A stretch of DNA of 63,635 nucleotides, the filler included, from Choristocarpus tenellus KU-1152 (Eukaryota; Protista; Phaeophyceae), in the NCBI GenBank assembly GCA_964200185.2. It is 7 parts of 7 records of this genome, joined end to end, with 100 filler letters (N's around TTAATTAATTAA, not from the genome) between each part and the next. Parts side by side here need not be neighbours in the genome. Positions count along the whole stretch, not along the records: positions 26,383 to 40,818 come from CAXNAD020001191.1; positions 40,919 to 53,839 come from CAXNAD020001659.1; 5 more parts are not named here. The stretch is one strand, 5' to 3'. The notes below the pieces were generated by a model. The model made no database searches. It was given only the letters and a program-made list of their open reading frames with translations, and had not been told where the DNA came from. Below are positions 38,976-52,130 of this stretch, piece after piece. Each line of letters opens with the position of its first letter. Within the stretch, counting starts at the first letter, position 1. The position numbers were made by a program, and so were the translations under genes.

Positions 38976-40366
38976 CTCCCCAATCTTGAAGCTGCATCAC
39001 CTAAAAGACAGTACACAGGGACATTTCTTTTTATGACCATACACCAACCACTAGCTTCTGCCTGAGCTCGCGCTACACCTATGCTTTGCCCTCCCATCAC
39101 TTCTCATCACTGCCCTGACCACGTGGAACTCAGCTATCTCCCACTATAAATAAACCTCCCATGTCAACAAATCAAAAACAGAAACGGAAAGGATCATAGA
39201 TATGCCTGTGCATGTGCCCACATCACCTCTCCCCCACCTCATCCACATCACATAGCCACAGGTCATTCAACCACTGGAGCCCTAAATTCAATTTCCCCAC
39301 TGATCACAAACATGTGCCTTTCCCGAAACTCCTTCCCCTCCCTCCTCCCCCCTTCCCCTACCCATCCAACCTTCAAGCATCCTCCAGTGTGATGACAAAA
39401 AAGGTAGAGGAACAAAAGCAGCTAGGTTCTCTCTCTCTCCTTCCCTTTCAGTGTCAGAAATGACTAAGTAAACGAGTTCCTAGCTGAGCACATTTTCCAC
39501 CTAATGCTGCACCATTCATGCATTCGCCGTACCATCTCCTGTGTAGGAGGCATCACAGGAAATTTCTCAAATCACAGCCTTGGCATCTGGCATGCTGTTC
39601 TCTCTTCTATTCCTTGTCCCCCCTCCACCTCAAACACATGCCACACACCGCCTTCCAACGACTTCACCCTCGCTTGCCCACTCACCCACCTCCCCCCCAG
39701 CAGACACAATTATACATGTGATGTGGACTGTTGCCTGCCAATGTAATGGAACATTTAGCAGTCATCACCTGCTCCTGCCATATGTGAGGGTACAGAAAGT
39801 GCAGTCAGGTGTTAAGAACGCGATTGTTGCATCACTCATATCTCTATAGAGCAAATGACAAAGATTTTTCCATCATCCTTTGTGCGTTAGCAAGACCGGC
39901 AAGAAATTACGCCAAAAAAGGCACAGCACACTAAATACATTGGGAAAAATCAATTCCTTCAACAATACCCCTCCCCCTCCTGTTCCCGCTTCAAGCCTGC
40001 ACCATACCTCGTCTTCACCAACACACAAGAGACCCGGTCACTCAAACCCTGCACTACCACAAAACCTCAAAACAAACAACGGTCAGTCACTGTACCATAC
40101 ACCATTTACTCCTCAAATATTATTATTATTATTTCTACCCAATCAGAATAAACCAAACGAAAAAATATATAATTCCACAGTGGCAAAGAAGAGGTACACA
40201 ACACATCTCTTATCGCCCTGTAATGCTCAAAAGTCAACACACTCTTTTCCAAAAATACAGGGGGGCACAACAACAAAATCAAGATATAAAAACAAAAAAA
40301 ATCTCTCACTTCCAGAAAGAAAAAAAAATCAACTCCAAACCATTGCTCAAATACCTACAACCCCAC

Positions 40367-40584
40367 CTACTGTGCCGGTGAGGCGATCGGCTGCGGCTGC
40401 GACTGTACTCCCTCCCCCGCTGTTCATAGCGGTCCCTCCTGCGATCCCTGTCGCGGCTATCAGGTGAGCGCGAGGCTTGCCGACGCCGACGAGGGGGAGA
40501 GCGCGACCAACTGTTAGAGCGGGGGCTGCAAGAACGAGACCTAGAGCGACTCCGTCCACGGTCACGATCACGCCTGCTATTCTC
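40367..40584 (-). CDS. Exon encoding an RS (Arg/Ser-rich) domain, SR-like RNA-processing protein; rest of gene not resolved
   Basis: GC-rich frame RRDRDRGRSRSRSRSCSPRS...SRSRSRSPHR, with acceptor gagcag|GAG and candidate donor AG|gtgggg. Confidence 0.65.
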
Positions 40585-40989
40585 CTGCTCCAAATTGTTG
40601 TACACAGGAGGGAGAGCCAGCGCGTGGGTATCAGGTGAGGGAGGGGAGGATGGTGCAATGGGGGTTTGGCACATACGTTCGGTTCTGAATTTATTTATTT
40701 TTTCGGAAGCGGTCATTGCACAAGCGGAGCAATGTTTGCCCCCCCCCCCCCCCCCCCCCGAAATCTTCACCAAAAGGCTTGGGAGAAACCCAAAAAAAAA
40801 AAAAAAAAAAACGGGAAANNNNNNNNNNNNNNNNNNNNNNNNNNNNNNNNNNNNNNNNNNNNTTAATTAATTAANNNNNNNNNNNNNNNNNNNNNNNNNN
40901 NNNNNNNNNNNNNNNNNNTGATTGTTCCATTACTCCATACATATTTTACCGTAACTGTCCGATAGAGTTGGAAGAGTCTAATCGAACAG

Positions 40990-41310
40990 GTGAGATGTGG
41001 GTTTTCATCTGCAAGGACGACCAGAAATGCTACCTCAATGACGATGATAAGCCTCCTGCCTGCAAGATGCCACACTAGGGCCACATTTCCAAGGTGATGT
41101 TCCTCACGGCTATCACTGGCCCAAGGTTTGATATCACTGCCAACAACAATTTTGACGGGAAGCTTGGAATCTTTCCGTTATTGAAAGAGTCGTGGGAAGG
41201 CAAAGCAGCAGGGATAAGTCCACGGACACGGGGGTTATGGAGACAAAGACGTTGGAACTCACCAAGGAGGGGTATTAGAATATGCTGAACTGACACCGTG
41301 ATCCCTCCAA
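40990..41310 (+). mobile_element. Second DD39D-like mariner transposase fragment
   Basis: HISKVMFLTAITGPRFD...NFDGKLGIFP matches KVMFLxAVARPR...FDGKIGIWP. Confidence 0.8.
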
Positions 41311-41719
41311 GTGTTGACCTTAATGTGTGCTCTATTTTTCGTATCCAAATCATGACTACATTATTTGACATATTTTAGCATTGATTTTACCATAATCCTA
41401 TAATATTATGTATAATTACTCATCATATTATTATTCCGAGGGATCCCAGACTCGTGTTCGAAAAGGTAGTCAAAAGAAGGCAATAAACACTGTTTCAGAA
41501 AAGGCAACCAAGACCATAAAAGAGAAAATAGCAATATAAGAGAAAAAATAAATATATTAAAAGGAAGAGCAAAACCCACAAGAGAAAAACACCGTCACAT
41601 ATGGGAAGAGAAGAAAGATTAACAAAAGATTCAACAGAATAAGCCCACAAAGAAAAAGCATTCAGCAGAAAGTGTTGTTGGTGGTGTTGGTGGTGTTGAT
41701 GACTTGGGTAACCTTACCT

Positions 41720-42240
41720 GCTGTTTTGGCGTGGCGTACACATTAGCTATCACACCTTCCTTGAAATACTACTCAGACATTAAGCTCGTCGTGCCATTAG
41801 CCAGACACTCATACATCTCCTATTGGTTAGTGGGCCTCATGCTCCAATCCTCAACTTCAATCCCAATTTTGTCAAGGTCGTCTTGGAAACGTACCCATCA
41901 GTTCTTCTCCTGTCCACCTTAGTTTCATTTTCCTTCTGCAGGCTCTCCAAACATCAATATCCTAGGAAGGCAGTCACCCCCTATACAAGCAACTGACCCA
42001 GCAAATGTGAGCCTGCACTTGCGCACTGTTGCCTCCATACTCTCACACACAGTCTTCATAGGAGTATCTTCGTAAAATAGAACATGATCGGTGTGTTCCT
42101 GTGTGCAGAAACCTTTGCAGCAAAGGAGGAATTTGTGGTCGCAGGATCGGTTCTTTAGATAATGAGCCTGGAGGAGTGTCCGTGCCATGAACCATGTATC
42201 AGAACTTCAAGTACTTCAGGTTTGAGCATTCGAATCTTCA
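41720..42240 (-). mobile_element. RTE-clade LINE 3' remnant
   Basis: CESMEATVRKCRLTFAG...LPRILMFGE...GQEKN.W...DDL is typical of the region after the RT domain in RTE LINEs. Confidence 0.7.
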
Positions 42241-44210
42241 GTAAAAGTATAATGCACTTTGAAGTATGCCATAGCCCAATATAGTTAGGAGTAGGATTGC
42301 TATGTCTTCCTAAGTATTTTCAACCCTACAGCACAAGGATAATATACTTACTGTATGAACCACGATCTAAGCTTATGACAAGGTTATTTTTTCTAATGAA
42401 ATTGCGAGTTTGGAATCGTTCTTTCATCCACCTTTTAGATTGTCTGACCAGCCAGCACTACATCAGTATTCCAGAGTGGATTGGTACATACGGCAGATGA
42501 AATTCATCGTAGGTAATTGGTGAATCGGTTTGGTGCTCCAGTGTGTTGAAAAAAAGAAGAAAAATGACGAAGAACTGGAGGGAAAGTTTAAATGGAGTGG
42601 ATGGAGGCAAGGATTTGGATAACAGATGGTTAAAAGGAAATTGGGGTTTAGAAAGGCTCATTATCAAAGTTTTGGGAAAGATGGTGATAAAGTTAAACTG
42701 AAGATAATTTGTAATTTGAGCAACCTTTCCCACCCACCCACCATCTTGATTGCTCAAGATGTAGTGAGATAATGAGGTCTGGGAGAGGTCGAGCTCGGGT
42801 GGGGTAGATGCCTTCTAGTTTAAAGAAGGTAAAGTACAAGGATACAATATGTTATGGAAGTGGTTGGAGGTGGAGTATTTTGGGAGGGTTATGAGAGGGG
42901 AATTGTTACAGGCGAATAGCCCGAGCATTTCTTCTCGTGTTCTAGCAAGCGCGAGCATTATACGCACGTAAGGATTCTTACAGGAGGAACTCTGATTTGC
43001 TAGAAGATGCAGAGTAAGATTTGTAATGCATAGATAACCTCACAGAATGAATACTGATTTCCTCGAAGTTGCAGAAAAGATTTGTGATTTGAGTATGTAT
43101 ACAACGGCTTGAAGATGTCTTTCAACTTATAGTCTGTAGAAATCGGGTGGGTGATGATAGTAAGAGAATTTGACATGCAAAGTGTTAGCCGATACCCGCA
43201 CGCGGTCATCAACTGTGAGAAGTACTCCCTGCTCAGCTAGGCAGACGTGTGCTGGACTCCCTTGACTGTCACAGTGTCCCAGTAGCGTCGTTCAAAGGTT
43301 TTGGGATTGGAGCTATATGTCCTGTAAAGGTAAGTTTCTGGAGTGTGTTGTCACAGAATATGCTGATGGTAACACAGCTTTGAGTAGACGTGCCGATGGT
43401 CCTATTGCTTTGTTAGGGAAAATGTACATGCTAATAATGGGAGCATTATTTCGTGAGTGGATGTGCTTGTAGTAGCACAAGGTTTAAAGTTTGGTGGGAA
43501 AAGAGAATTGTTGGTATGACGTTGGAATGGTAAGGGGTGGAACGAAGGATCAGAGTGGGCAATAAAGTAATCCAAAATTTTGTGAGTCAAACAAAATCTG
43601 CTATATAACAGTATTAAATCACTACCGCATAGTACTACGTATCATGAAAAAATATATACCACGTTGTAATATGAATCGTGTGATTCTCTGGCGGCATGGT
43701 TCGCTCTGGCAAGGGTGGTGAAGAAAATCACTGGGCAAGACGGACCAGATAGACCAAGACGAGCCGTAACCGAGAGGACAAGGTTAAGGTTGGACAAGTG
43801 CAAGACTCCTTGCACAAAACTGTGGAGACTGACGGACTGAGGATCTACGGACAGAGGATCATCAGAAATTCCAAGACGTGAGAACAAAGTGAATCTTTGA
43901 TGTTTGATAACTCTGAATATCTGTAGAACTTGTCTCTTGAAGAGATTCCATGGATTAATTCTCACGGAAGATCCTCCACGGAAATCAAGGATTCCTCACA
44001 AGGAACCTCAATCGGTATAACGGTATAAGAACAGACAAACCAGCTTTTTACATGTGAAGTAGTAGAAAGGATTGGAAAACTGAATTATGTATAGTTTTCA
44101 TTTGTTTCCCCTCTGACACATCTGCAAAAGGTCAGAGGACATAATAATATATATATATATTGGGAAATAGGGAGATACAGATTAATTAATATCATGTCGG
44201 TAGCCCTTTC

Positions 44211-44560
44211 ACAGTGGACAGGAATCTCTGCATGGATCTGGTATTTCACGCAGGGGCACTAGCGGACGCCGGAACAGCTCCCTACAGGGACAAATGTCTT
44301 CTGCTAGACGTCACCTTCGCAGAGGTACAAGCAACCTCCCACCTAACCCACTCATCCACCAGCAATGATGTGACTGCTGCTGCAGCCGAGGCACGAAAGC
44401 GTACCTGGATGCGCTGGCTACTCACATGGTGGGGGGGAGAGGAACGGAAGGATTTAGCAGAAAAGGAGTAGTCAAATCCCGCCTACGCCAAATTGTCTCA
44501 GTAACTACGCAAGTGGCACTGTCTAGACGTGTCATGCGTTTTAAGCTAGAGTCACCAGGG
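44211..44560 (+). mobile_element. RLE-type (CRE-like) non-LTR retrotransposon 3' remnant with internal deletion
   Basis: DRNLCMDLV...LLLDVTFAEVQA...AAAEARKR / RKGVVKSRLRQIVSVTTQVALSRRV resembles the PD-(D/E)xK endonuclease tail of brown-algal non-LTR elements (recalled, not searched). Confidence 0.7.
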
Positions 44561-44772
44561 AGATGGGCACAGAAGGGGTTTATTGGATTCTTGGGATGCC
44601 TCCCTAGCTCCTCCCCCGGGGCACAGAAGTAGGTAGATTGGAAGGACAGGAAGGCAGTAGTACAATATTGGTAGTGGTGAAGTAACAAATTAGCGTTTTT
44701 CACAGTGTTTAATAGTGTTTTTCATATTTATGATATTTTATTTGCAAAATATCAGAGGGCATAATAAATCAT

Positions 44773-44780
44773 TATATAAA
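44773..44780 (+). promoter_or_regulatory. TATA-like box ~30 bp upstream of tRNA-Phe
   Basis: TATATAAA at -35 to -28 from the mature tRNA start. Confidence 0.45.
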
Positions 44781-44807
44781 ACACATGCTCTTAATGTCTC
44801 ATACAGT

Positions 44808-44881
44808 GCCTTGGTAGCTCAGTTGGTTAGAGCGTACGACTGAAGCTCGTAAGGCCATGTGTTCGATTCACATTCAAGGCA
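44808..44881 (+). tRNA. trnF: tRNA-Phe (GAA)
   Basis: Acceptor GCCTTGG/TCAAGGC-A, D-arm GCTC/GAGC, anticodon arm TACGA-CTGAAGC-TCGTA, T-arm ATGTG-TTCGATT-CACAT; no intron. Confidence 0.97.
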
Positions 44882-44887
44882 TTTTTT
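44882..44887 (+). terminator. Pol III oligo-T terminator
   Basis: T6 directly after the discriminator base. Confidence 0.8.
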
Positions 44888-45010
44888 ATAAAATTTTTTA
44901 GAATTGGTGTAAATTAATATGTAGTATCAACGTTCCAAAAAAGGTTGTATGTACCACAGCTTTCTTTAATCCTTAGTGAGTTTTGCAACACCACAACACA
45001 GAAACAAGTC

Positions 45011-46653
45011 ATGGACCATCTTCCTCGTCGCCGTAGAGAAGGGGGTGGCGAGATAGTCGAAGTATATGGTTTTGCAGGCTGGATCACAACCCTGGTGGCC
45101 TACGGTACGCTTAAAGATAATCTTTGTCATCAATGAGTATTTGCTAGGTTTCATAGTTGATGGAAATCATGGGCACCTCACCAACTACCTCAACCTTCCC
45201 CCCGTGGTCCAATGCTGATCAGCATTTTACCTGGTTTGGGCATATGTGCCTGAGAGTACGCTGCATACTCTGGGTATCACATACTACCCTAGCAAGTGAG
45301 TAGATAACAGGGACACAAGGAGTCCGAACTAGTTCAGTGACAGCCCCTACACACATTATCTTACATGTTCAGGGCAGATTGATAGCTCTCAGCACGCCTA
45401 TACCTCAGACTCATTTCCAATTAACTTACAAACCTAAGTTATCACGACTTACCTCCCCGTCGGTGCATTTACAGGTACTGGGCAATCGCTATCCCAAGTG
45501 CAACATTTGTGACTGTAACTCTCGTGGTCCTCCTGTATATCGCGGCCAACTTTATGAGCACAGCTCCTTTAGATTCCTTCGATACTATCACAGGTGAAAA
45601 CTAGCCTCAGCTTCGAAAAGGAATTAATTTGAATGACAAAGACTTTCCTCGTAATGATACTATGCCGTTGCAGCAGGCAATGGTAATTTCCCTCCAAGTC
45701 ACTCATGTAACTCCCTCTCCCTTCCCACCGATTCAGTTGACGGTGATTGCGACGATGCCATAGAAGAAGTCCCAATAATGAAGATACCCAGTTCATCGCA
45801 TGTTAATCCCGATCACACCGCTCCTCCTCAAACAAGCAGCATACTACTCCCCAAAACCTGTGGTACATACTCATCTTTATCAGACATGCACGCTAGGGAG
45901 GTGACAGACCGCGCTTCAGTTTGGGCTCCTGACAGCAACAGCAAGATACCTCCCATGGGTGACCTCGACATTGCTACAGTAAACCGTGTGCTCTACAAGG
46001 TGAGGCGTTTGCTGGAGTCAGGTTGATGGCTACGCCTAATGCAGGATCTTGATCATGTGACTTACTGTCACTTGTTGTTGGAATGGTCAGCACTGAGGCC
46101 AGAAATTCTACACCCCTTTTTCAACCTTCTGAAATGACACAGTGAATATCTAACTCTTACCATCAATAGTCATGTGGTGAACTGATACTGTGTGACTAGG
46201 CTGCATACTTTTGAGGTATCCTGTCGCCACTCTACATCTTATATTCTTGTATGGTAGATTCCACTTTAAAGGCAGTGACAATTTTGTGCTAGCCCTGTGC
46301 AATGTGAATGCATACAAGAGAAGGAGCCCATTCATGAAGGCAAGCCTTTTAGTGCTGAACCTTGAGTCATACGCAAAATATTTGTACTTTGTTACCGAAA
46401 CACCTCAGAAGTATTAATACAGTGAAATCGTCTTCTTTTTTTGTTTGTTCAGTATCGACATTGATAAATTTGCTCAGTGCTTCACACAAGGCTTTTAAAA
46501 TTGTGCACCTGCTCGCCCCTCAACTACTGCATGCAGAACCCTCTCACCCAGAGTTCGTCTCAAGGTCATCAGGGGCGACGGCGACGACGGAGAACTCCAG
46601 GCAACTCATCTCATGGCGGGAGTGCTGGCGAAGCACGAGGGCAAAGGTTGTAG
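45011..46653 (+). CDS. PIGP: GPI-GlcNAc transferase subunit P (PIG-P/Gpi19)
   Basis: Exons 45011-45104, 45223-45295, 45475-45593, then either 45884-46026 (stop; 142 aa) or 45884-45999 plus 46537-46653 (172 aa). Motifs EVYGFAGW, LVWAYVP, LGITYYPSKYWAIAIP, PLDSFDTITD, IPPMGDLDIATVNRVLY. Confidence 0.95.
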
Positions 46654-46790
46654 AGATATGGGGGGGTAAGAGGGGGTGGATTTTGGGGCAGCAACTTTGG
46701 CATTGTGGGCACAGGATAGATGAACAGATGTTATATGGCAGTTCAATTACTTTTTGTATTGAGATGGTGTAAGCATGCTCAATTTTTTTC

Positions 46791-46823
46791 CCTGCCCTGC
46801 CCTGCCCTGCCCTGCCCTGCCCT
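46791..46823. repeat. (CCCTG)n microsatellite
   Basis: Direct reading. Confidence 0.9.
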
Positions 46824-48998
46824 GATCCGGTCTGGAAAACCGCTTTCTGATTGCTTTCTAATCCAAAAAAAGCTTGAAGCATTTTTTTCAGGCATACAAA
46901 TTTATATGACTCAATAATTTTCACGTTTATAGGTTGCTGCTGGACTACTCACGTCACATTTTTTTGTTCCTGTTTGTACATTGTGGGGGTTCACTCTGAT
47001 TCGTTGAACCCACTGTGTTGTACCTAGTATGTAATTGCCTAGGCATAAACACACTAAGCTCATGTGTGCATGTTTAGTATGATCGGTGTTGGGGGCGGGA
47101 CAAGGACAGGAGGGACCCAGATGGAGATAGTTTCGTAAACTGAAAGAATTTCCAGTTAATATTAAAGCAACAAGAATGTTCGTTATTAACTCAGTTCAAC
47201 TGTCTGCGCTTGAGGGGACATGCACCAAATGCATGTCCACAAGGCAAATAAATGTCCACCAGCTCGAATGTAGTCCCTCTATAGTAATGAAATTTTTACT
47301 TACATCTCTTTTCTGTTGCCTCTATTGCCAGAGGTATGATCTCATGTATTAGTATGTCAGATATGGTCTATTGCTCATTCATATCTTCTTGAATGCTCAA
47401 GAAATATGTGGGTGTGAGGGGTTGGCCGTGGAGAGAGTGAGGATGGATTCACCATGATTATTTTATAGTACATGCCTTCTATAACTATTTTTATGGATTA
47501 CTACATGGTTGTAGCATATATGGAGATGTCACTGAAGGAGAGAAGGTACATTTGTGATGACATAAATGTAGCAGTAGTTTGAAGTGTTGAGTAGTGAGAC
47601 CTTAAAATTCAAGATGGTGTATCCTCCTGTTTTGTGCATTCCCTACTCTTTCTGTGGTATTTTTTTGGTGAACAGCTACTTGCTCCCCCCTGCATGTAGG
47701 TTCGCGTCAGTTTTACTACTCCAGCATGCAGTATTGTATGAGCATGAAACACGATTTATCTTCTCAACTGCCACAATACACCCAAGAGCTCATGTTACAG
47801 GACACTGAAAATTCAACCTTCAACTCCACCAGACTCTATATTGTCACCCCTTCCAAGATGACACACTTAATTCCATGTAAGATATTTCCCTCTATTTTTT
47901 TTTTTTTTAATAATGTAAACGGAATTTGCAATACAAGTATTGGCAGTACTTCCGAGCATATGGCTTTAGCAACAGTGGACAGGAAAGGGGTTTGGTGGAT
48001 CCTCAAGCATCTTGTGGTTGCTGGGTGTGATTGCATCACAAACCTCCTTCATACAATATTATTGCTCTCATGTAGTGTAAGGAAATTGAATTTTTCTCAT
48101 TGGTTGATATAAAAATGAAAAAGAATGGTGAGTGTTTTGAGAAGAACAGTGATTGGTAGGGAAGTATTTCTACCCTATTGCTTACATTCAGACATTGCCA
48201 ATGGTTTGACAGGTCTCACATCTGTGTCAAGAGGTAGCACAGGGGGGAAAGAAGAAGAAAAATAGTACATCCAAAAAACAAAAAGGAAATATGTACAAAA
48301 GACAAGAACGCCAAAAATCGAATTTGAAAGTTACAAATTGTATGACAGTAAAATGAGACCTTGTAACAATACAAAGGCCAGTAGCCTTTACTGCCACTTG
48401 AACGCTAAGGAAATCTTGTAACCTTTCTTGTACTCTTCCCATAATAAAGGAGAGCATGTCATGCTTTTTGATTATGGGATTGGAACAAAGTTCTAACACA
48501 GAAATAGTTTCAAAAAATATAAAAATATTTAACTCTCAGAACTAAGATGAAATTTACAGTTACACAATATTACCTTACACAGAACAAACACTACAGCCAT
48601 GATACTACAACATTAAGCAAAATTCAGGTCAAGACCTTTACCAACCCAATCCAATCTTCTCCAACCCCCTCCACCACCACTCACCCACACAAGGCATTAC
48701 ATGAATGTCACTATCTTGCAATGCATGTAGTTGTAAAAGCTGGCTATTACTGCAAGGTTACTATTGATAACAAATCCATGGAACTCCTACCACATACTTC
48801 AAAGCAGTGGTATGTGTAAGGGGACAACACCATTTTAAAGATTTCTCATACCTCCCCTTTACCACTACCCAACCTGAATGTTTAAGTTCTTGAAGGGAGC
48901 TCTCAGTCGACTGTAACGACTGAAGTACTGCGACCAACCTAGCACCAATCCTCAGCTGCCCCTTCACCCCAACCCTACCAATATCCCTGTCAAGTCTC

Positions 48999-51900
48999 TC
49001 AGGCAACAAGGGAGGCTGGGTAATCCCCTTCATTGAATCCCTCATCATCCTCACTGTCACTCTCTCCATCCATCACAACATCCTCTGGATCAATATCTGT
49101 AGCCAGGTCGCTAAGCTTAGACACAGATAGATTGCGAGGCATCTCCTCCCCAGCCTCTGCTTTACCTACCAGTTTGCGCCAAGCCACATGGCACTCGCTC
49201 ACCACCTACAAGGAATCAGAGGACTGTGAGTACAAACAACCCTACCACTATATAAGGTTGGGTTGAATTATGTCTAGGGCTACATCCCATTCTACTACAC
49301 TTTCCGTGCAAAAATGAACCACAGTTAGGTGTTGCGAACCAAAAGAACTCACAATAAAAATTGGACAGGAAATTTTCAATCAACTCAAATCAACTGTTGG
49401 CTGGTGAGGCGAGATGCACATATTGCTCCAAGACAAAAGGCCGTCTGGCTGGTAAAGGGCTCTTCTGAAAGCCTTTTAAAAATTTACTTTCAATGCTTTT
49501 CTGTGACTTTTTTTAGTTGTTGGAAGCACAATCTACTGAAATATCCTATAGACAGACTTGCTCAAGTTTTGGTCATTCCTTTACACTTTTGGGGTATGTA
49601 TACACACAACAGAACATGGACAATCAACACAAATACACCAAAATAGACCTGTGTTGCTTACAACTTCACAGTGCAATGAAGAACTCGAAACATGGTATGA
49701 ATAAAGTTATAACCGATGATACTGATGCAACAACTGCACAAGATTTCCATGGACTTATTACACTCATGTCAAGTGGCCTGTAGTGCAATATTTCGAAGAA
49801 AAACTGACCATACAGTATTTCTATGCTGGAAAAAAACAATTAGACATACCTCCAATTGACTGCATCTGTCTTCTATGACAAAATGAAGAGCACTCATGCA
49901 TCTTTTGGTGTCCCAGATACTAATATCCTCTTAACATTAAACTGCAGGCCCTCACCTTATTAGCATAGGCCTTGTTCATGCACTGTTCATCCAGAGCAAA
50001 TTCATTCGGTGGCTTCCCATCCGGAATCTTGTAACTATTTTAACAAGCAGAAATATAGCAAGTTTAGAAGAGAGTGGCGGTTGGGGAGGGGGGGGAGGGA
50101 AAGGGAAGAAATAAGAAAATATTCAAAAAATAAGATTTTTGCAGACAGTATAAACAACAAAAAACCCTGTCCTGCAAAAAAATACACTTACATCTCGAGC
50201 ACAATTTGGTGTAAATATGAACGCCTTCCTGATATGCTACAGGTTTGCATAGGCAAAGGGAGGGAGGGGCTCACGTTCGGAACCACTCTCGAATGAGTCC
50301 AATAACACCAGGTAGCAAGTGCTCCACATCATCCACATCATTGAGCTCTGGTGCCCAACGATCTTCTCGGTCGATGGCAATCACCTTCCAGTCAGTCTCC
50401 CCTGCAACAGACAGACAAAACCATCCGCAGTCATGCATGCACACCCCCCGAAGAGATAACAAGCACACCACAAAGCATCAGTCAAAACAGAGATTCGTCA
50501 TCAGGTATGCTTAATCAAGGAGAGGGTTGGCATCGAAGAGGGAAAAAGAGAAATGGAGAGCCACATCCAAAAACTAGCACATCAATACTGCGGTGAGATT
50601 ATAAGAACTCCTGTCAAAAAATGAGCAGGAGCCGCAGTGGACTGGGCCATGGATGAAGCAAAACAACTGTATCAGTTCCGAATACATGAGGTACACCTTG
50701 CTTCGGAAAGGTGTTACTGTGGTACCTACTGTAAAACATTGATTAGGGTTCCATGGCATAGCTAAGAACGGTGATGGGCAAGGCAGTTCAATGCCACAAT
50801 AATTTTCTGGCATATCTCTCACCCTCATCAATCATGGCCAGCACCCCGAGCACCTTAACCTGACGAACATCACCCGTACCCACAATCCTGAGCCCAATTT
50901 CGCACACATCTAGGGGGTCATTGTCCCCCTTGTGTCCTGTGTCAGGGTGGACATGCTCTGGGTCTTCCCATGTCCGTGGGAAACAGCCATAGTTGAAGAA
51001 AATATCTCCCTGTGTAGATAAGATGACAAACCAATGGTGACAATAGTGTTTACAGGAGGGAGAATAAGGGTTGCAAGAGCAAACAAGTCTGAGTGAGAAA
51101 TGGAATGTATGCAGAGGACATATCAGGGCGAGGAAGTGCAGGGGGAGGGGGGAAGGGAAGTGTGTGATGAGGGAGGAGCAGGTGTAGAACGGGGTTTGAA
51201 AGCGTAAGAAAAATCTGGATACTGTCATCTTGTCCTCATATCACTCAAGATGAGGGGGCCGACCACTGATGCAGCAAATTGCTATTCCACATAGAACTTC
51301 CAGCGGGTAGAGATTCCAGGTGTGCATGATGATAAGATCCAGCTCAACATGGTGAGGCGATCGTGAATTCCACATATAGGACCTCAGGCAGGAACTTGAT
51401 GGATGAGGTAGGAGTTGAGAGTCGTGGAGAAAGCACAGATGGAAGGTGGGTCAGCTTGGAGACATTGTTGCGCCTTATCATTCACCTTTTTGAATTCCCG
51501 AAGAGTGCCCTTCTTTTCGTCCTGTTTGATTGGGTTCCCGAGCTCGTTCGTGGCAATCTCGAACTTCTTCCGCGAGCAACGTGGAATCTCACACACGAAG
51601 TTGAGCGACTCCGTTTTCTTCCCAAACTCATCACGCACGTACAAGGGGATATCGTGCCACGCCGAGATCACTTGCTTACTGTTGAGTTGACATGAACAAA
51701 CAAACATGGAAGTAGTAAGGCATGTAATAGATGAGCGCGATATAGCTTCACACCGAGACAGTACAGGGGAAAATGGGCACACAGATTCCAAGAGACTTCC
51801 ATCTCAAATCTTCCTAAGGCGTTTCCTACCAGCACTTTCTATCATTATTGGCTCCCGGTAGCTTTTATGACTGGGATATTCCCTTCATGTAACAGACCGA

Positions 51901-52130
51901 GGGTGTAGTGCATTTTCTCGCGCTAGGTACAATATCAGGTCTGCAGATATTGAGAAGAAACGGGAGTTAGTTCACCTGTGCTGTCGAGCCGCCATAGCCA
52001 ATTGGAGACGGTAATCCAAGGTTCCTTCTTCACCAGATGCTACCAGATTAAGACACTCGGTACTGTCGGTATCATCGTGGCCCATGCCCATATCACTGAG
52101 GCTCGTGGAGGAAGCTGTGCGTTTCTCCAT
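48999..52130 (-). CDS. PPA: Soluble inorganic pyrophosphatase, family I, eukaryotic type (315 aa)
   Basis: Exons 52130-51976, 51678-51486, 51009-50823, 50401-50275, 50034-49956 and 49205-48999; 948 nt, phases consistent. Motifs [68 protein letters not shown]. Confidence 0.97.

Noticed and set aside
39880-40467. 195-aa plus-strand ORF
   Set aside because: Low-complexity shadow of the RS exon and its flank on the opposite strand.
50192-50236. 45-nt in-frame cassette exon in PPase intron 4
   Set aside because: It has splice-like ends, but would leave a 38-nt upstream intron and split the conserved WFRTYKIPDGK motif.
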